Below, piece by piece: positions 24,794 through 36,156 of a DNA stretch of 64,000 bases (the first letter of the stretch is position 1; each line of letters starts with the position of its first letter). The position numbers were made by a program, and so were the translations under genes. Under the pieces are notes generated by a model. It searched no databases. It was not told where the DNA came from and worked only from the letters and a program-made list of their open reading frames with translations. The stretch lies in contig CM059432.1 in assembly GCA_030390025.1 (NCBI GenBank), forward strand, positions 113,152,001 to 113,216,000, read 5' to 3'. This DNA comes from Squalus acanthias. Taxonomy: Eukaryota.

Positions 24794-25434
24794 AGGGATA
24801 TGGGCCTCAGGCGGGTATATGGAGTTAGGTCACAGATCAGCCATGATCTCATTGAATGGTGGAACAGGCTCGAGGGGCTAAATGGCCTCCCTCTTTTCCT
24901 ATGTTCCTATGTTCCCAGTCTCTCTGAAAATTAATATCACTCAGCTGCTACCAGAGTCTCGCATTCTTGCTGTTGCTTAAATCTTCCCATGGTCTTTTCA
25001 CTGCCTGATCACATTTACTGAAATCCCTTTTTACTACTGCTGTAATTATGTTTTTTATCAATATTGCTACTTTTCTGCCATTCCAAATGTCCCTGCCCTT
25101 TCCAAAGATCTTATAGCCTGCAATATTTAACTCTCAATCATGCCCAACTTGTAGCCAGGTCTCTGTAATTGCGACTACATCATAGCCTTTAAACTGAATT
25201 TGTGCTTCTAACTCACTTCTTTTATTTCTTGTGCTATGTGCATTTGTATATAGAACTCTTATTTGGTAACTACCCTCATCCTGCCATATATCCTGCTGGC
25301 CTTTTTCTCACACTTTTTGACTTAAAGTGTGGAGATTAAGAAGGAGAACCTGAAAACCATTAATCTGAGGATTACTACAAGTGTCACATGCTAGTCAGCA
25401 CAGGAACAGCCAGATTTGGGTGGCTAGAGACAAG

Positions 25435-27792
25435 GGGGGTTAAATTGCTTCGCCCCAGAAACCAGTCTCGGGGATCGCAAAGCACGATTAACTCGCACCC
25501 GTTGAGTGGAATGCAGGAAGCATGCCAATTTCATGCTGCCTGCTTATTATAATGATTTCTGCGTGCAGCTAGTGCTCCCGCGCATATTCATTGGCTGCAC
25601 GCATCAGCAGGGGCCCCAATATCGCTACTAACTTGCACTACTTAAAGCTAGCCTGCATCTCTTAAAGGGGAGGTGCATTTTGGCTGGAACTGGTGGTGGG
25701 AGTCATGCTACAAGTGAATCTGACCTGGGAAATAGCGGGCACCCAGTTTTTAGGACGCTGCACTGGATGTCTTAGTGGAGGAGGTGGGGAGGAGGAGAGA
25801 TGTCCCATATCCTCAGAGGGGCAGGAGGCCCCCTAGAAACATGATGAGAAGGCAGTGGGAACAGATAGCTGCAGAGGTCAATGCCAGGAGTATAGCCCCA
25901 AGGACCTTGATGCAGTGCTGCAAGATGTTTAATGACCTCACATGAGTGGTCAAGGTCAGTGAATTCATCTTCAAATACCATATCCTACCAACTGCATCAC
26001 TAGCCTCAGTCACTGCACAATCCACCACACCTCATCACTTACCTTCCAACAATCTCTATCAATCAGGACTCATACTTAATATTCATATGCTTCACTTCAT
26101 CCTCACACACTTAGCACTGCTGCTAGCGTCACACCCACATCTCACACCTTGCACACACTGGCAGTTATTTAACCATGACAGCCTCATCACCCAAATAGAT
26201 TGCACCACACTCACAGACAGACTTCCCTTTCTCTTGCAGGCGGAGGCAGCAGAAACTAACCGGAAGGGGAGAGGTGCACCTGCATGCTTTAACCACCATG
26301 GATGAGACGGTGCTGGCCATTATGGCCGTGGCCAACGGTAAGACTGAAGCCATTAAAGGTGAGGGTCTCCGCATGCCTAATCCTCCTTCTCTCATCCCAC
26401 TTTTCCCTCATCCCATTGTCTCTTCTGACTGAGAAGCTGCTGTAAGCATGCACTCCTTACTTCCTTCTCTCCCCTCACCACAATCCAACCCTTGTCCCTT
26501 TTTTCCTTTCAGATACCCAAAAACTGTAACCTGCCCAGGCAGCGGAGAAAGAGCAAAAAGACAGTGAAGATGAAGACACGCCATCATTCAATTTCACAGT
26601 CACAGCCACCAGCTCAGATACTGACACTGTGCGTAATTTAGAGGCTAGCACAGAGGCGGGATCTGCACATGGCGAGACACCGGGCATGAGTGCGCTGCAG
26701 CCAGGGCAGGTGGCAAGGAGAGTGCAGGTGGCAGCTCGCCGGAGGGTGAGATTGCACACGATTTCTGCTGCAGAGGACTCAGATGATGATTTTGATGGGC
26801 CAGGCTATAGAAGAAGGCTGATGGGTGTACATAACCAAATGGTTGGTGCACTGGAAAGCCTGACAAAAAGCCTGCGTGCAATGTCAAGGAGCATGGAGGA
26901 GTCTGGCACCAACTTGGCACTTTGCACAGAGCTTGGAGCCTATCCTTTCCAACATGGAATGGGTGGTCACCTCCATCAGCACACCTGTGGAACTCATCAT
27001 GATGCAGCATCTGATGGCCGATGTCTCAACTTCCATTGCAGCACAAGCAGCAGCCACCCAATGTCTGAGTGCTGCAGTGGAAGCTCAGACTGCTTTCTGC
27101 AATGGAAGCTCAGACTGCTGCCATCATGGCTGTGGATACCAGTGTTCAAAGGAACTTCCAGGGCATCACAGCACTCCTGCAATCTATTCTCCCTAAAAGA
27201 CCCTCTGCCGATATGGCCTCCTGCTGAGAGCCCTTCTCCCCCTCCTCCTCCTCCCTCTTCTAGCAGCTTGTCCTGCTCTGCGTGGCCTCTCTTCATTCTC
27301 CCAGTCATGCTCAATGCCAAGAGGAAGCCCTACTAGGCCACCCATATCTGGAAGCAACTGGTTTGTGCACAAGCCTTTAAGTCACCAAAAAAGTACTTCA
27401 GCACCCGCTCTGTAGACTATTGAAACTTTTAACAAGTATGGAAAAGCACCCAAAACGCGTAGAATTGCAGAGAAAGGCAGAAGAAATAATCATGCCGTTG
27501 AACGCCTGTTCAGCTGTGGGAAGTTAAGAGAGGGCGTAGACAGGAGCACGGAGCTCCAAAATGGAAGCACTGGCGTCTAATCAGTGTTGCACACTGAATG
27601 ATGTCATGATCTGCCTGCTCTGCAGGCTGCCGGTGGATGTTAGGTGTGCGCGCACACTAACCCCTTTACCAATATGGCGTCTGGTGCACTTCGCATCAGA
27701 AGTGTGCGCGCGTGATGCGGAAACCATTTTGGAATGTTAAGGGGCCTTGTAGCGCCCAAAAGACGGGTGCTTCCGAGCCCAATTTTGCCCCC
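25435..27792. mobile_element. Non-autonomous Harbinger element, 2358 bp
   Basis: TIRs gggggttaaattg / caattttgccccc; perfect TSD AAG; Myb/SANT gene remnant on + (DAALDVLVEEV..RRDV; PRTLMQCCKMFNDLT*VVK|gtcagt); transposase essentially deleted. Confidence 0.85.
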
Positions 27793-27899
27793 AAGATGTA
27801 GAAGTGAAGGGTTCAGATTCCTGTCACATTGTACCAGTTCTCGGCAGGAGTGAGTTGTTCCAATGGAATTGCCTACACCTGAACAGAGCTGAGACTACT

Positions 27900-28650
27900 A
27901 TCTTGGCAAAAAGGTTAACGAGAGTTATGGGGAGGGTTTAAAATAATATAACGGGGGAGGGAGAAACAAGAAGAGTAGAATAGGCAGATTGAAAGGGAAA
28001 GTAAGAAGATAGAAAGGTTAAAAGAGGTTAAACGGGATAGTAAAAATGAAATCAGTAGTAGGAAGGAAAAACAAGACAAAATTACCCAACCAAGTAAATC
28101 CAAATGAAAATGTATGTAAATTAATGCATAGAGTGTAAGAAACAAAATTGGGGAACTGGAGCCATTGATTAAAATCCTGACACAAGAGCAGTAAATGAGA
28201 CATGTTGTAGCTGGCCCAGGATTGGCAATTAAATATTCCTGGAGGGATAGGGAGGAAAGAAATGAAGGAGGATATAGTTAATAATTAGAGGCAATTTCAT
28301 AGCACTAGAGGGTAAGGATTTAAATAGTAAAATGGTCTATACAGAATCCCTTTGGATTGAGCTAAGAAACCACAAGAGATCATTCACATTACTGGAAGTA
28401 TCTTATAGACCACCAAAGAATGGAAAAGAAATTGAGGATGAAAGTTTTACACAAATTAGGGAGGCACATAATAACAGTTATAATTGTAATAACTTTTAAT
28501 TATCCAAAAATATATTCAGATAGGAAAAATGTTTGTGGTCTTCAAGGAAAGGTTTTTGTAGCGTATCCAGGTCTGCTTCTACAGTCAATATGTTGTTACT
28601 CCAATAAAGAAGGAAGCCTTACTTGACCTAGTTCTAAGCAATAAATTTGA
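27900..28650 (+). mobile_element. Highly degraded CR1 endonuclease region
   Basis: aatgcatagagtgtaagaaacaaa (NA.S.RNK) and tatagaccacca (YRPP) remnants. Confidence 0.65.
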
Positions 28651-28665
28651 CGCAAGCAGGGAATC

Positions 28666-29560
28666 TAGAAAGAAAGACCGGCATTTATATAGTGGCCCAA
28701 AAATTCGGCCGTTCTCGGGTGAGTACTCAGTGCATACTCACCCGTATTCATTCCCGAAGTGCCGGTTTTCTGCATGCACTGCGCATGCGCGGAAACCGGC
28801 ACTTCCGATATGGTGAAGGGGGCGGTTCCTAGGTGAACCGCGTGCGCGGTAGAGGCTGCGCGCATGCAGCACACTTAGATTTTTTTTCAGGTTTCAACGC
28901 GAGGGTAAGTATTGAAGATTCTACGCTAGTAAAAAGGAGGCGTAAGACCCCTTTTGAACAAGGTAAGTAGTTAATTAAGTATAATTTTAAATTTTTTTCA
29001 ACAGGTTTATCTTTTTTAGATACTTTAAAGAAAGTTAAGTTTATTTTTATAACTTTTAAAAAGTATTTTAATTTTTTCAAAAATTAAAATTTTTGTTTAA
29101 AGTGGTTAATTTATTTAACTATAGTTATTTTATAAATGTGATGGTTTTTTAAAAAAAATTATTTGAGGTTTAGCTGTTCTTTTGGGGCCGATTTCAATTC
29201 ACAGATTTGACAGGTCTCCTGCGCCCCTGGAACACGCAAGCACTGCGCGCCGGCTCTTGGGAGAGGCCCAGGACCCGAAGTTCCTGTGGGCCCAAAACAC
29301 AATGGCAGGCACGGTAGATAAGAGCGCGCGCGATCCTTACCCCCGCGGCAAGCCGGCCACGCGAATTTCTAGGCCAACGCTTTTCATGACCTCAGGATGT
29401 CCCAAAGCGTTTACATCCATTGAAGTGCTTTGAAGTCTAGTCATTGTTGTAATGCAGGAAGTGCGGCAGCCAATTTGCGCAAAGCAAGCTCCCACAAACA
29501 GCAATGCGGTCATGGCCAGATAATCTGTTTTTAGGTGTAGGTTGAGGGATAAGTATTGGA
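28666..29560 (-). mobile_element. Deu-type SINE 3' portion, split by a MITE
   Basis: gaaagaaagaccggcatttatatag ... ttttcatgacctcaggatgtcccaaagcg, matching 9651-9860. Confidence 0.75.
28694..29375. mobile_element. Harbinger-type MITE, copy A
   Basis: TIRs ggcccaaaaattcg / cgaatttctaggcc; colinear with 54770-55534. Confidence 0.8.
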
Positions 29561-31150
29561 AGTAGGGAAATGTTTAGAAACAGCGACAACACTATAATTG
29601 GGTTCATTGTGACAATAGAGGCGATTAAAGGAGAATGTGGAAAATTTGTTAGAAGCTAAAAAAAATTGTTTTTTGTAAAGTAATTGGTTCTGAAAAAAAT
29701 AGCAGATCAGAAAGTGGCTAAGTCAGCAGGCCCAGGCGGCATGTGCTCTAGCATGTTGAGCCATGTCAGAGAGGAGCTGTAAAGAGTCAGACCACAATTT
29801 ATCAATCCCCCTTGGTTATGAAATTTGTGTTGGAGGACTGTAGAGTTGCCAATGTAAGCCAATTCAAGAAGAGAGGATAATGTAGAGAACTATCAACCAG
29901 TTATCTTAATGTCAGTCATGGGCAAACTCTTAGAATTCATATTTCGAGATCAAACTAGTGAACATTTAGAGATGCAGAGGGAAATCAAAACCAATCAGCA
30001 TAGATTTGTTATGGGCGAGTCATGAATTTTTTGAAGAAATTACTAATTGTATAGATAATGGGAATGAAGTAGATATAAGTGTATATGGATTTTCAGAAGG
30101 AGTTCAATAAGGTGTTAAAGGTTTCAGGCATATGGTTTAATAGGAAATGTAACAGCATGGATAAAAAGTTGGCTGACAGACAGGAATACAAAGGGATGTT
30201 GCTTGGATGGGAGAACCGTTGGAAGTGATGTACCCCAGGGGGCATAACTGGGTCCACTATAATATACAGATGATTTGAATTTCAGCATAGGAAATATGAT
30301 ATTGAAATTTGCTGATGACACAAATGTAGGACATTTGGCACACAGTGAGGAGTACTGTAAAAGATGTCAGAAGGCCATTGATAGCAGAATTGGTGGCCAG
30401 GTGGCAGATGCAAGTTAATATGGAGAAGTGTGATGTAATGCATTTTGGGGAGAAAATAAGGAATGGGAGAATGTATTCGATGGAAATGCACTTAAGGATG
30501 TGGAGAAACTGAGATGCCTATGGATCCAAATAGGTAATACCATAAATGTATGAATGCAGGGAGCATTTTGAGTTTTATAAATAGGGGATAGAGTGTAAGA
30601 GCAAACAGATAAATATATATTTTTTTAAAGGCAATGTTTAGGGCACAATTAGCATACTGTATGCAGTTTTGGATGCCCTATTATAACAAGGAAATTAAAG
30701 CCATAGAGAGCGTACAGTATAGATTCACCAGGATGACACCAGGGCTGGGAAACTATAGTTATGAGGTGAGACTTGAGATACTGGGACTATTTCCTCTGGA
30801 GCAAAGAAGGTTAGGAGATTCAATAGAGCTTTTTTAAATGATGAACAGCGTTGATAGGTTGAATAGGGAAAGACTATTTCCTCTGGTTGTGGAATCAGTT
30901 GAAACTCATCACAAAGAAAGTTGTGAGAAAGCTTAGGATAAATTTCTTTGACGAGTTGTTAGAGCATGGAATGTTCTCGTGAGTCAGAAATGAGTGCATC
31001 TTTTAGGGGAACAGTAGATAAACATTTGAAACAGACAAAGATACAGGACTATAGGAAGAGAGCAGAGCAGTGGGAATAGTTTGGGATTACTCTAGCAAAG
31101 CGCCAACACAGGAATGATGGGCCAAATGGCCTCCTCCTGCACTGTAAACC
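29560..31150 (+). mobile_element. Old degraded CR1 (RT to 3' end)
   Basis: aaatttgctgatgacac (KFADD); ORF 30634 YCMQFWMPYY. Confidence 0.8.
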
Positions 31151-31204
31151 TCCAATGTACCTCACTAGTAAAAAGCAACATAGTGATATAAAGAGTGTTC
31201 TTGC

Positions 31205-31955
31205 CCAGATTGGAAGGAAGAATGAGGAGAGGCAATATAATCTAAATGGTACAATTTTAAAGGGGGTGCAGGAACAGAGAGACCTGGGGGTGTATGTACA
31301 CAAATCTTTGAAGGTGGCAGAGCAAGTTGAAAAAGCATATGGGATCCTTGGCTTTATTAATAGAGGCATAGAGTACACAAGCAAGGAAGATATGGTAAAC
31401 CATTATAAATCACTGGTAGGTCTCAGCTGGAGTATTGTGTCTAATTCTGGGCACCTCACTTTAGAAAGGATGTCAAGGCCTTGGAGAGGGTGCAGAGGAG
31501 ATTTACCAGAATTATACCAGGGATGAAGGACTTCAGTTGTGTGGAGAGACGACAGAAGCTGGGATTATTCTCTTTAGAGCAAAGGAGATTAAGGGGAGAT
31601 TTAATAGAGGTGTTTAAAATCACGTAGGGTTTTGATAGAATAAATAAGGAGTAACCGTTTCCACTGGCAGGAGGGTCGGTAACCACAGGACACAGAATTA
31701 AGGTCATTGGCAAAAGAAACAGACGACATGTGGAAAAATAATTTATGCAGAGAGTTGTTGTGATCTGGAAAGCGCTGTCTAAAAGGGTGCTGGAAGCAGA
31801 TTCAGTAGCAACTTTCAAAAGGGAATTGGATATGTACGTGAACAGGAAAATTTACAGGGCTATGGGGAAAGAGCAGGGGAGTGATACTAATTGGATAGCT
31901 CTTTCAGAGAGCCGGCACCGAATGGCCAGCTTCCGTGCTGGATGATTCTATGATT
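31205..31955 (+). mobile_element. CR1 3' fragment
   Basis: ORF 31155 QRDLGVYVHKSLKV; tail gattctatgatt. Confidence 0.85.
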
Positions 31956-31974
31956 AAATGGAAGGCAAAATCGG

Positions 31975-32555
31975 CAACAACAACAACTTGCATTTATACA
32001 GCACCTTTAATGTAGTAAAATGTCCCAAGGCGCTTCACAGGAGCGTTATCAAACAAAATTTGACACCGAGCCTCATAAAGAGATATTAGTACAGGCCAAA
32101 GAGGTAGGTTTTAAGGAGGGTCTTAAAGGAGTCGGAGAGGTTTATGAGAGGGAATTACAAAACTTAGGGCCTAGGCAGCTGAAGGCACAGCCGCCAATGT
32201 TGAAAATCAGGGATGTGCAAGAAGCCAGAAGTGGAGGAGCGCAGAAATCTTGGAGGGTTGTAGGGCTGGAGGAGCTTACAGATAAAGGAAGGATTTGAAC
32301 ACAAAGATGAGAATCTTAAACTTGAGGTAAAGCTGGATCTGGAGCTAATGTAGGTCAACAAGCACAGCGGTGATGGGTGAACGGGACTTAGTGTGAGTTA
32401 GGATGTGGCCAGTTTGCAAGGACAGAGTGGTTACGGGTGGGATTTTTGAGGAGGCGGATGATGATGGCAGATTTGAAAGGGAGAGGGACAGTACCAGAGG
32501 AGAGGGCAACGTTAACAATATCCAATATCAACTAGCATAGGAGCCAGAAAGAGAA
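31975..32555 (-). mobile_element. L2 LINE 3' fragments
   Basis: caacaacaacttgcattta tail; similar to 61180-61700. Confidence 0.75.
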
Positions 32556-32579
32556 ATTGGCAAATAGTCATCATCAACA

Positions 32580-33370
32580 CCTCCTCACAAAACTCACCCT
32601 AGACCCCTTATTCCTTGCAAACTATCGCCCCATCACCCACCTCCATTCCTCTCCAAAGTCTTGGATGTGTTGTTACCTTCCAAATCCGTGCCCAAGTTTG
32701 TGTTTCTTCAATCAGGTTTCTGCGCTCTTACAGCAGCTCTACTCAAATGACATCCTCTGTGACTGTGCACTATCCCTCCTCGACCTCTTTGCAGCCCTTG
32801 ATACAGTCAACCACTCCATCCTCTTTAAATGCCTCTCCTTCGTTGTCAAGCTCAGTGACAATGCACTCACTTCGTTCTACTCTTACCTATCCAAGTGTAG
32901 CCTGAGCATCTCCAACAATGGCTTCTCTTCCCACCCCCACACCATTACATATGGGGTATCCAAAGAATCTATCCTTGGTCTCTCCTCTTCCTCATATACA
33001 TGCTGCCCCATGGTGACATCATCTGCAGACATGTATATGAGTCAGATTCCACATGTATGCTGACAACACCCAGGTCTACTTCTCCACCACCTATCTTGAC
33101 CCCTCCACTGCTTTTGTGTTCTCAACCTGCTTGTCCAACGTCCAGTCATGGAAGATTAGGAAGGCTTTGGCCCCCACCACAAAATTTGTACCCTTGCCAT
33201 CGATTTCATTCTCCTCCATTCGGAGCCCCCATATTTTGGCTTTTGGTCACCCCTCCTACTATCTCTTTTTTTAGCATGGCATCTATTTTTGTCTGATTAC
33301 CCTTCTGTGAAGCCTCTTGGGATGTTTTTCTACATTAAAGGCGCTATAATGAATGCAAGTTGTTGTTATT
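32580..33370 (+). mobile_element. Degraded L2 RT fragment with tail
   Basis: LANYRPIT, LLDLFAALDTVNHSIL, MYADNTQVY; tail aaggcgctataatgaatgcaagttgttg. Confidence 0.85.
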
Positions 33371-33374
33371 GTAA

Positions 33375-34108
33375 TAGTTGGTTCTGGGCGCTCAGAATGC
33401 TAAGGTCTGAGGCATCCTTAATATTGGACCTCGGACCTCATTGTCATAGAGCCCGTGTGGTGCTGCAGCCGGCTGAGAAAGGGAGGAGAGGAGTGAAGGA
33501 AAATCAGGCCGCTGCCATCAGGTAAGTGGGTCTGGGCCGTGGGTCAGGGCCTTGGGTTGAGGATTCCACAGTCGGGGAGGGGGGGGCCTGGAATCCACGA
33601 TCGAGGGCAGACTGCCTGGAGGGGGGCCAGGGGGTGGGAGCATGCTCGGAGGTTGTGAGTAGCGATCGGGTCCTCTAAGGTGTGGTCGGGAGGCGCACAC
33701 CTGCTTCTTCCGGCTCCACATTCAGCTAAGTTACTTACCTTCTTGCTTGTAGACCTGTGGCCCTGAGTGCAGCCCACGAATGTTGGAGTGGGGACCTCAA
33801 GCAGGATGTAGGTCCCTAATTTGCATATTCAAAGGGGCTAACGCCTGCTTCAGGCGTGGGTAAAGAATGCCTCTTGTTTGTCCTCACCCAATATGGAGGT
33901 CGGGGCACCAGAATGGTGCACGCGCTTTCTGCCCGCCATTTTGGGGACTTTGGCCGAGAAATTCGAATCAAGCGCCCGTTATAGGCGGCGCCCGGTATTC
34001 GGTTCCGCTGCTGTCAATGGTACTGATTGATACCCACTTTGCACCACCGCCCGAGACAAATTTATAGGCCCTTGTTTTTCAGGCCCTATGTGGCACAATT
34101 TCTAGGCC
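33375..34108. mobile_element. Partial GC-rich Harbinger-type MITE
   Basis: Ends aaatttataggccc / aatttctaggcc, like the other MITE TIRs in the window; left end not found. Confidence 0.45.
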
Positions 34109-34364
34109 AGTGGATTAGGCAGCATCTGTGAGAGATCAAAGAATTTTACATTTTGGGTGCAGGCCATTCCTAAGAACTGAAAAATTGGACACATTAAAGC
34201 ACATTAATACAAACAGAAAATGGGGAAGGGAAAATATATTTGCACCTATATATATATAAAATAAAATAAACAAAGACCATAGAAAGGGATTATGAGCGGA
34301 ATGATGCAACAGATCATCTTATCTTACTGAGGCCATTTCTCGGATTGTTTTATTATTTCATATA

Positions 34365-36154
34365 CATGTCGGTGAATTCTTCAAGGGAGAACCAGACCAA
34401 ATATAATAAGTTGAGAGGGGAAGTGAAGATGAAAATAAGATTGGCAAAGAGAGATTATGAGAGTAGAATGGCGGTTAACATAAAAGGGAACTCAAAAATC
34501 TTCTATCAGCATGTAAACAGTAAACGGTTACTAAGAGACGGGGTGGGGCCTATTTGAGACAAAGAAGGTGATATATGCTTAGAGGCACAGGGCAAGGCTA
34601 GAATACTCAATGAGTACTCTGTATCGGTGTTTACTAAGGAGGTGGATGCTGACAAAATATCGGTAGAAGTGGAAAAGGTAGAAGCAATGGAAGGGGTGAA
34701 AATTGATAGACAGGATGTACTAGAAAGGCTGGGTATGCTTAGAGGGGATAAGTTGCCTAATCCAGATGGCTTGCATCCCAGGTTGTTAAGGGAATTGGGG
34801 GAGGAGATAGCGGAAGGGCTTGCCATAATTTTCAGATCTTCCCTGGATGCGGGGGAGGTGCCTGAGGATTGTAAAGTGGCAAATGTGACACCATTATTCA
34901 AGAAAGGGTGTAAGGACAATCCCAGTAACTACAGGCCGGTCAGTTTATCATCAGTCGTGGGTAAAGTTTTAGAAACAATAATCAAGGAAGAAATTAATGG
35001 CACTTGGAAAGGTTTAAACTAATTAAGGAGAGCCAACACGGATTTGTAAAAGGCAGATCGTGTTTGACTAATCTAACTGAACTTTTTGATGAAGTAATAG
35101 GAAGGATTGATGAAGGGAATGCAATGGATGTTGTCTACATGGATTTTAGGAAGGCGTTTGACAAAGTACCACAGAGAAGGCTGGTTAACAAAATTGAGGC
35201 TCATGGAATAGGTGGGTCAGTGGCAGCTTGGATAAGGAATTGGCTTAAGGGCAGAAAACAGCGAGTTGTGGTAAATGGCTGATTTTCAGACTGGAGGGTG
35301 GTAGACAGTGGTGTTCCCCAAGGGTCAGTGCTGGGGCCACTGCTTTTTTTGATATATATAAATGACCTGGATATTGGAATACAGAGTAGAATTTCTAAAT
35401 TTGCCAATGACACCAAACTTGGGGGTGTGGCAAACAGTGATAATGATACCAATTGACTGCAACAGGACATAGAAAGGCTAGCAGAATGGGCAGAGAAGTG
35501 GCAGATGGAATTTAATACAGAGAAGTGTGAGGTTATGTATTTTGGCAGAAGGAACAGGGAGAGGCAATATATACTTCATGGCATGGTTTTAAAGAGTGTG
35601 CAGGGACAGAGGGACCTGGGAGTTAATGTGCATAGGTCCCTGAAGGTGGCAGGACATATTGAGGGAGTGGTTAGCAAAGCATATGGGATCTTGGGCTTCA
35701 TAAATAGAGGTATTGAGTACAAAAGTAGAGAAGTTATGCTGAATCTTTATAAAGCGCTGGTTAGGCCACAACTGGAGTATTGCGTCCAGTTCTGGTCACC
35801 ACACTTTAGGAAGGATGTGAAGGCCCTTAAGAGGGTGCAGAGGAGATTTACCAGAATGGTTCCGGGAATGGGGGATCTTAGCTACAAGAACAGGTTGGAG
35901 AAGCTGGATTTGTTTTCATTAGAGCAAAGGAGGTTGAGGGGTGATTTGATAGAGGTGTACAAGATTATGATGAGTTTGGATAGGCTAGACGGGGAAAGGC
36001 TGTTCCCACTAGTTGATGGTACAAGGACTAGGGGGGACACAGATTTAAGGTTTTGGGCAAGAGGTACAGGGGGGATATGAGGAAAAACTTTTTATGCAGC
36101 GAGTGGTGATGACCTGAAATTCGCTGCCGACGGAAGTGGTGGAAGCAGAGACAC
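34365..36154 (+). mobile_element. CR1 LINE (RT region); its 3' end resumes at 40864-41022 and 45236-45247
   Basis: ORFs 34627, 35004 and 35505 with NYRPVSL, MDFRKAFD, YCVQFWSP; tail (tatgactc)n is split by the Harbinger. Confidence 0.9.
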
Positions 36155-36156
36155 TT

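Larger units (their letters stand above)
21454..24915 (+). mobile_element. 5'-truncated CR1 LINE (EN to tail) with three nested insertions
   Basis: ORFs 21749, 22003, 23021 and 23359 give KSPGPDG, YKPVSLTS, FADD; tail ttcctatgttcctatg at ~24896-24915. Confidence 0.9.
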
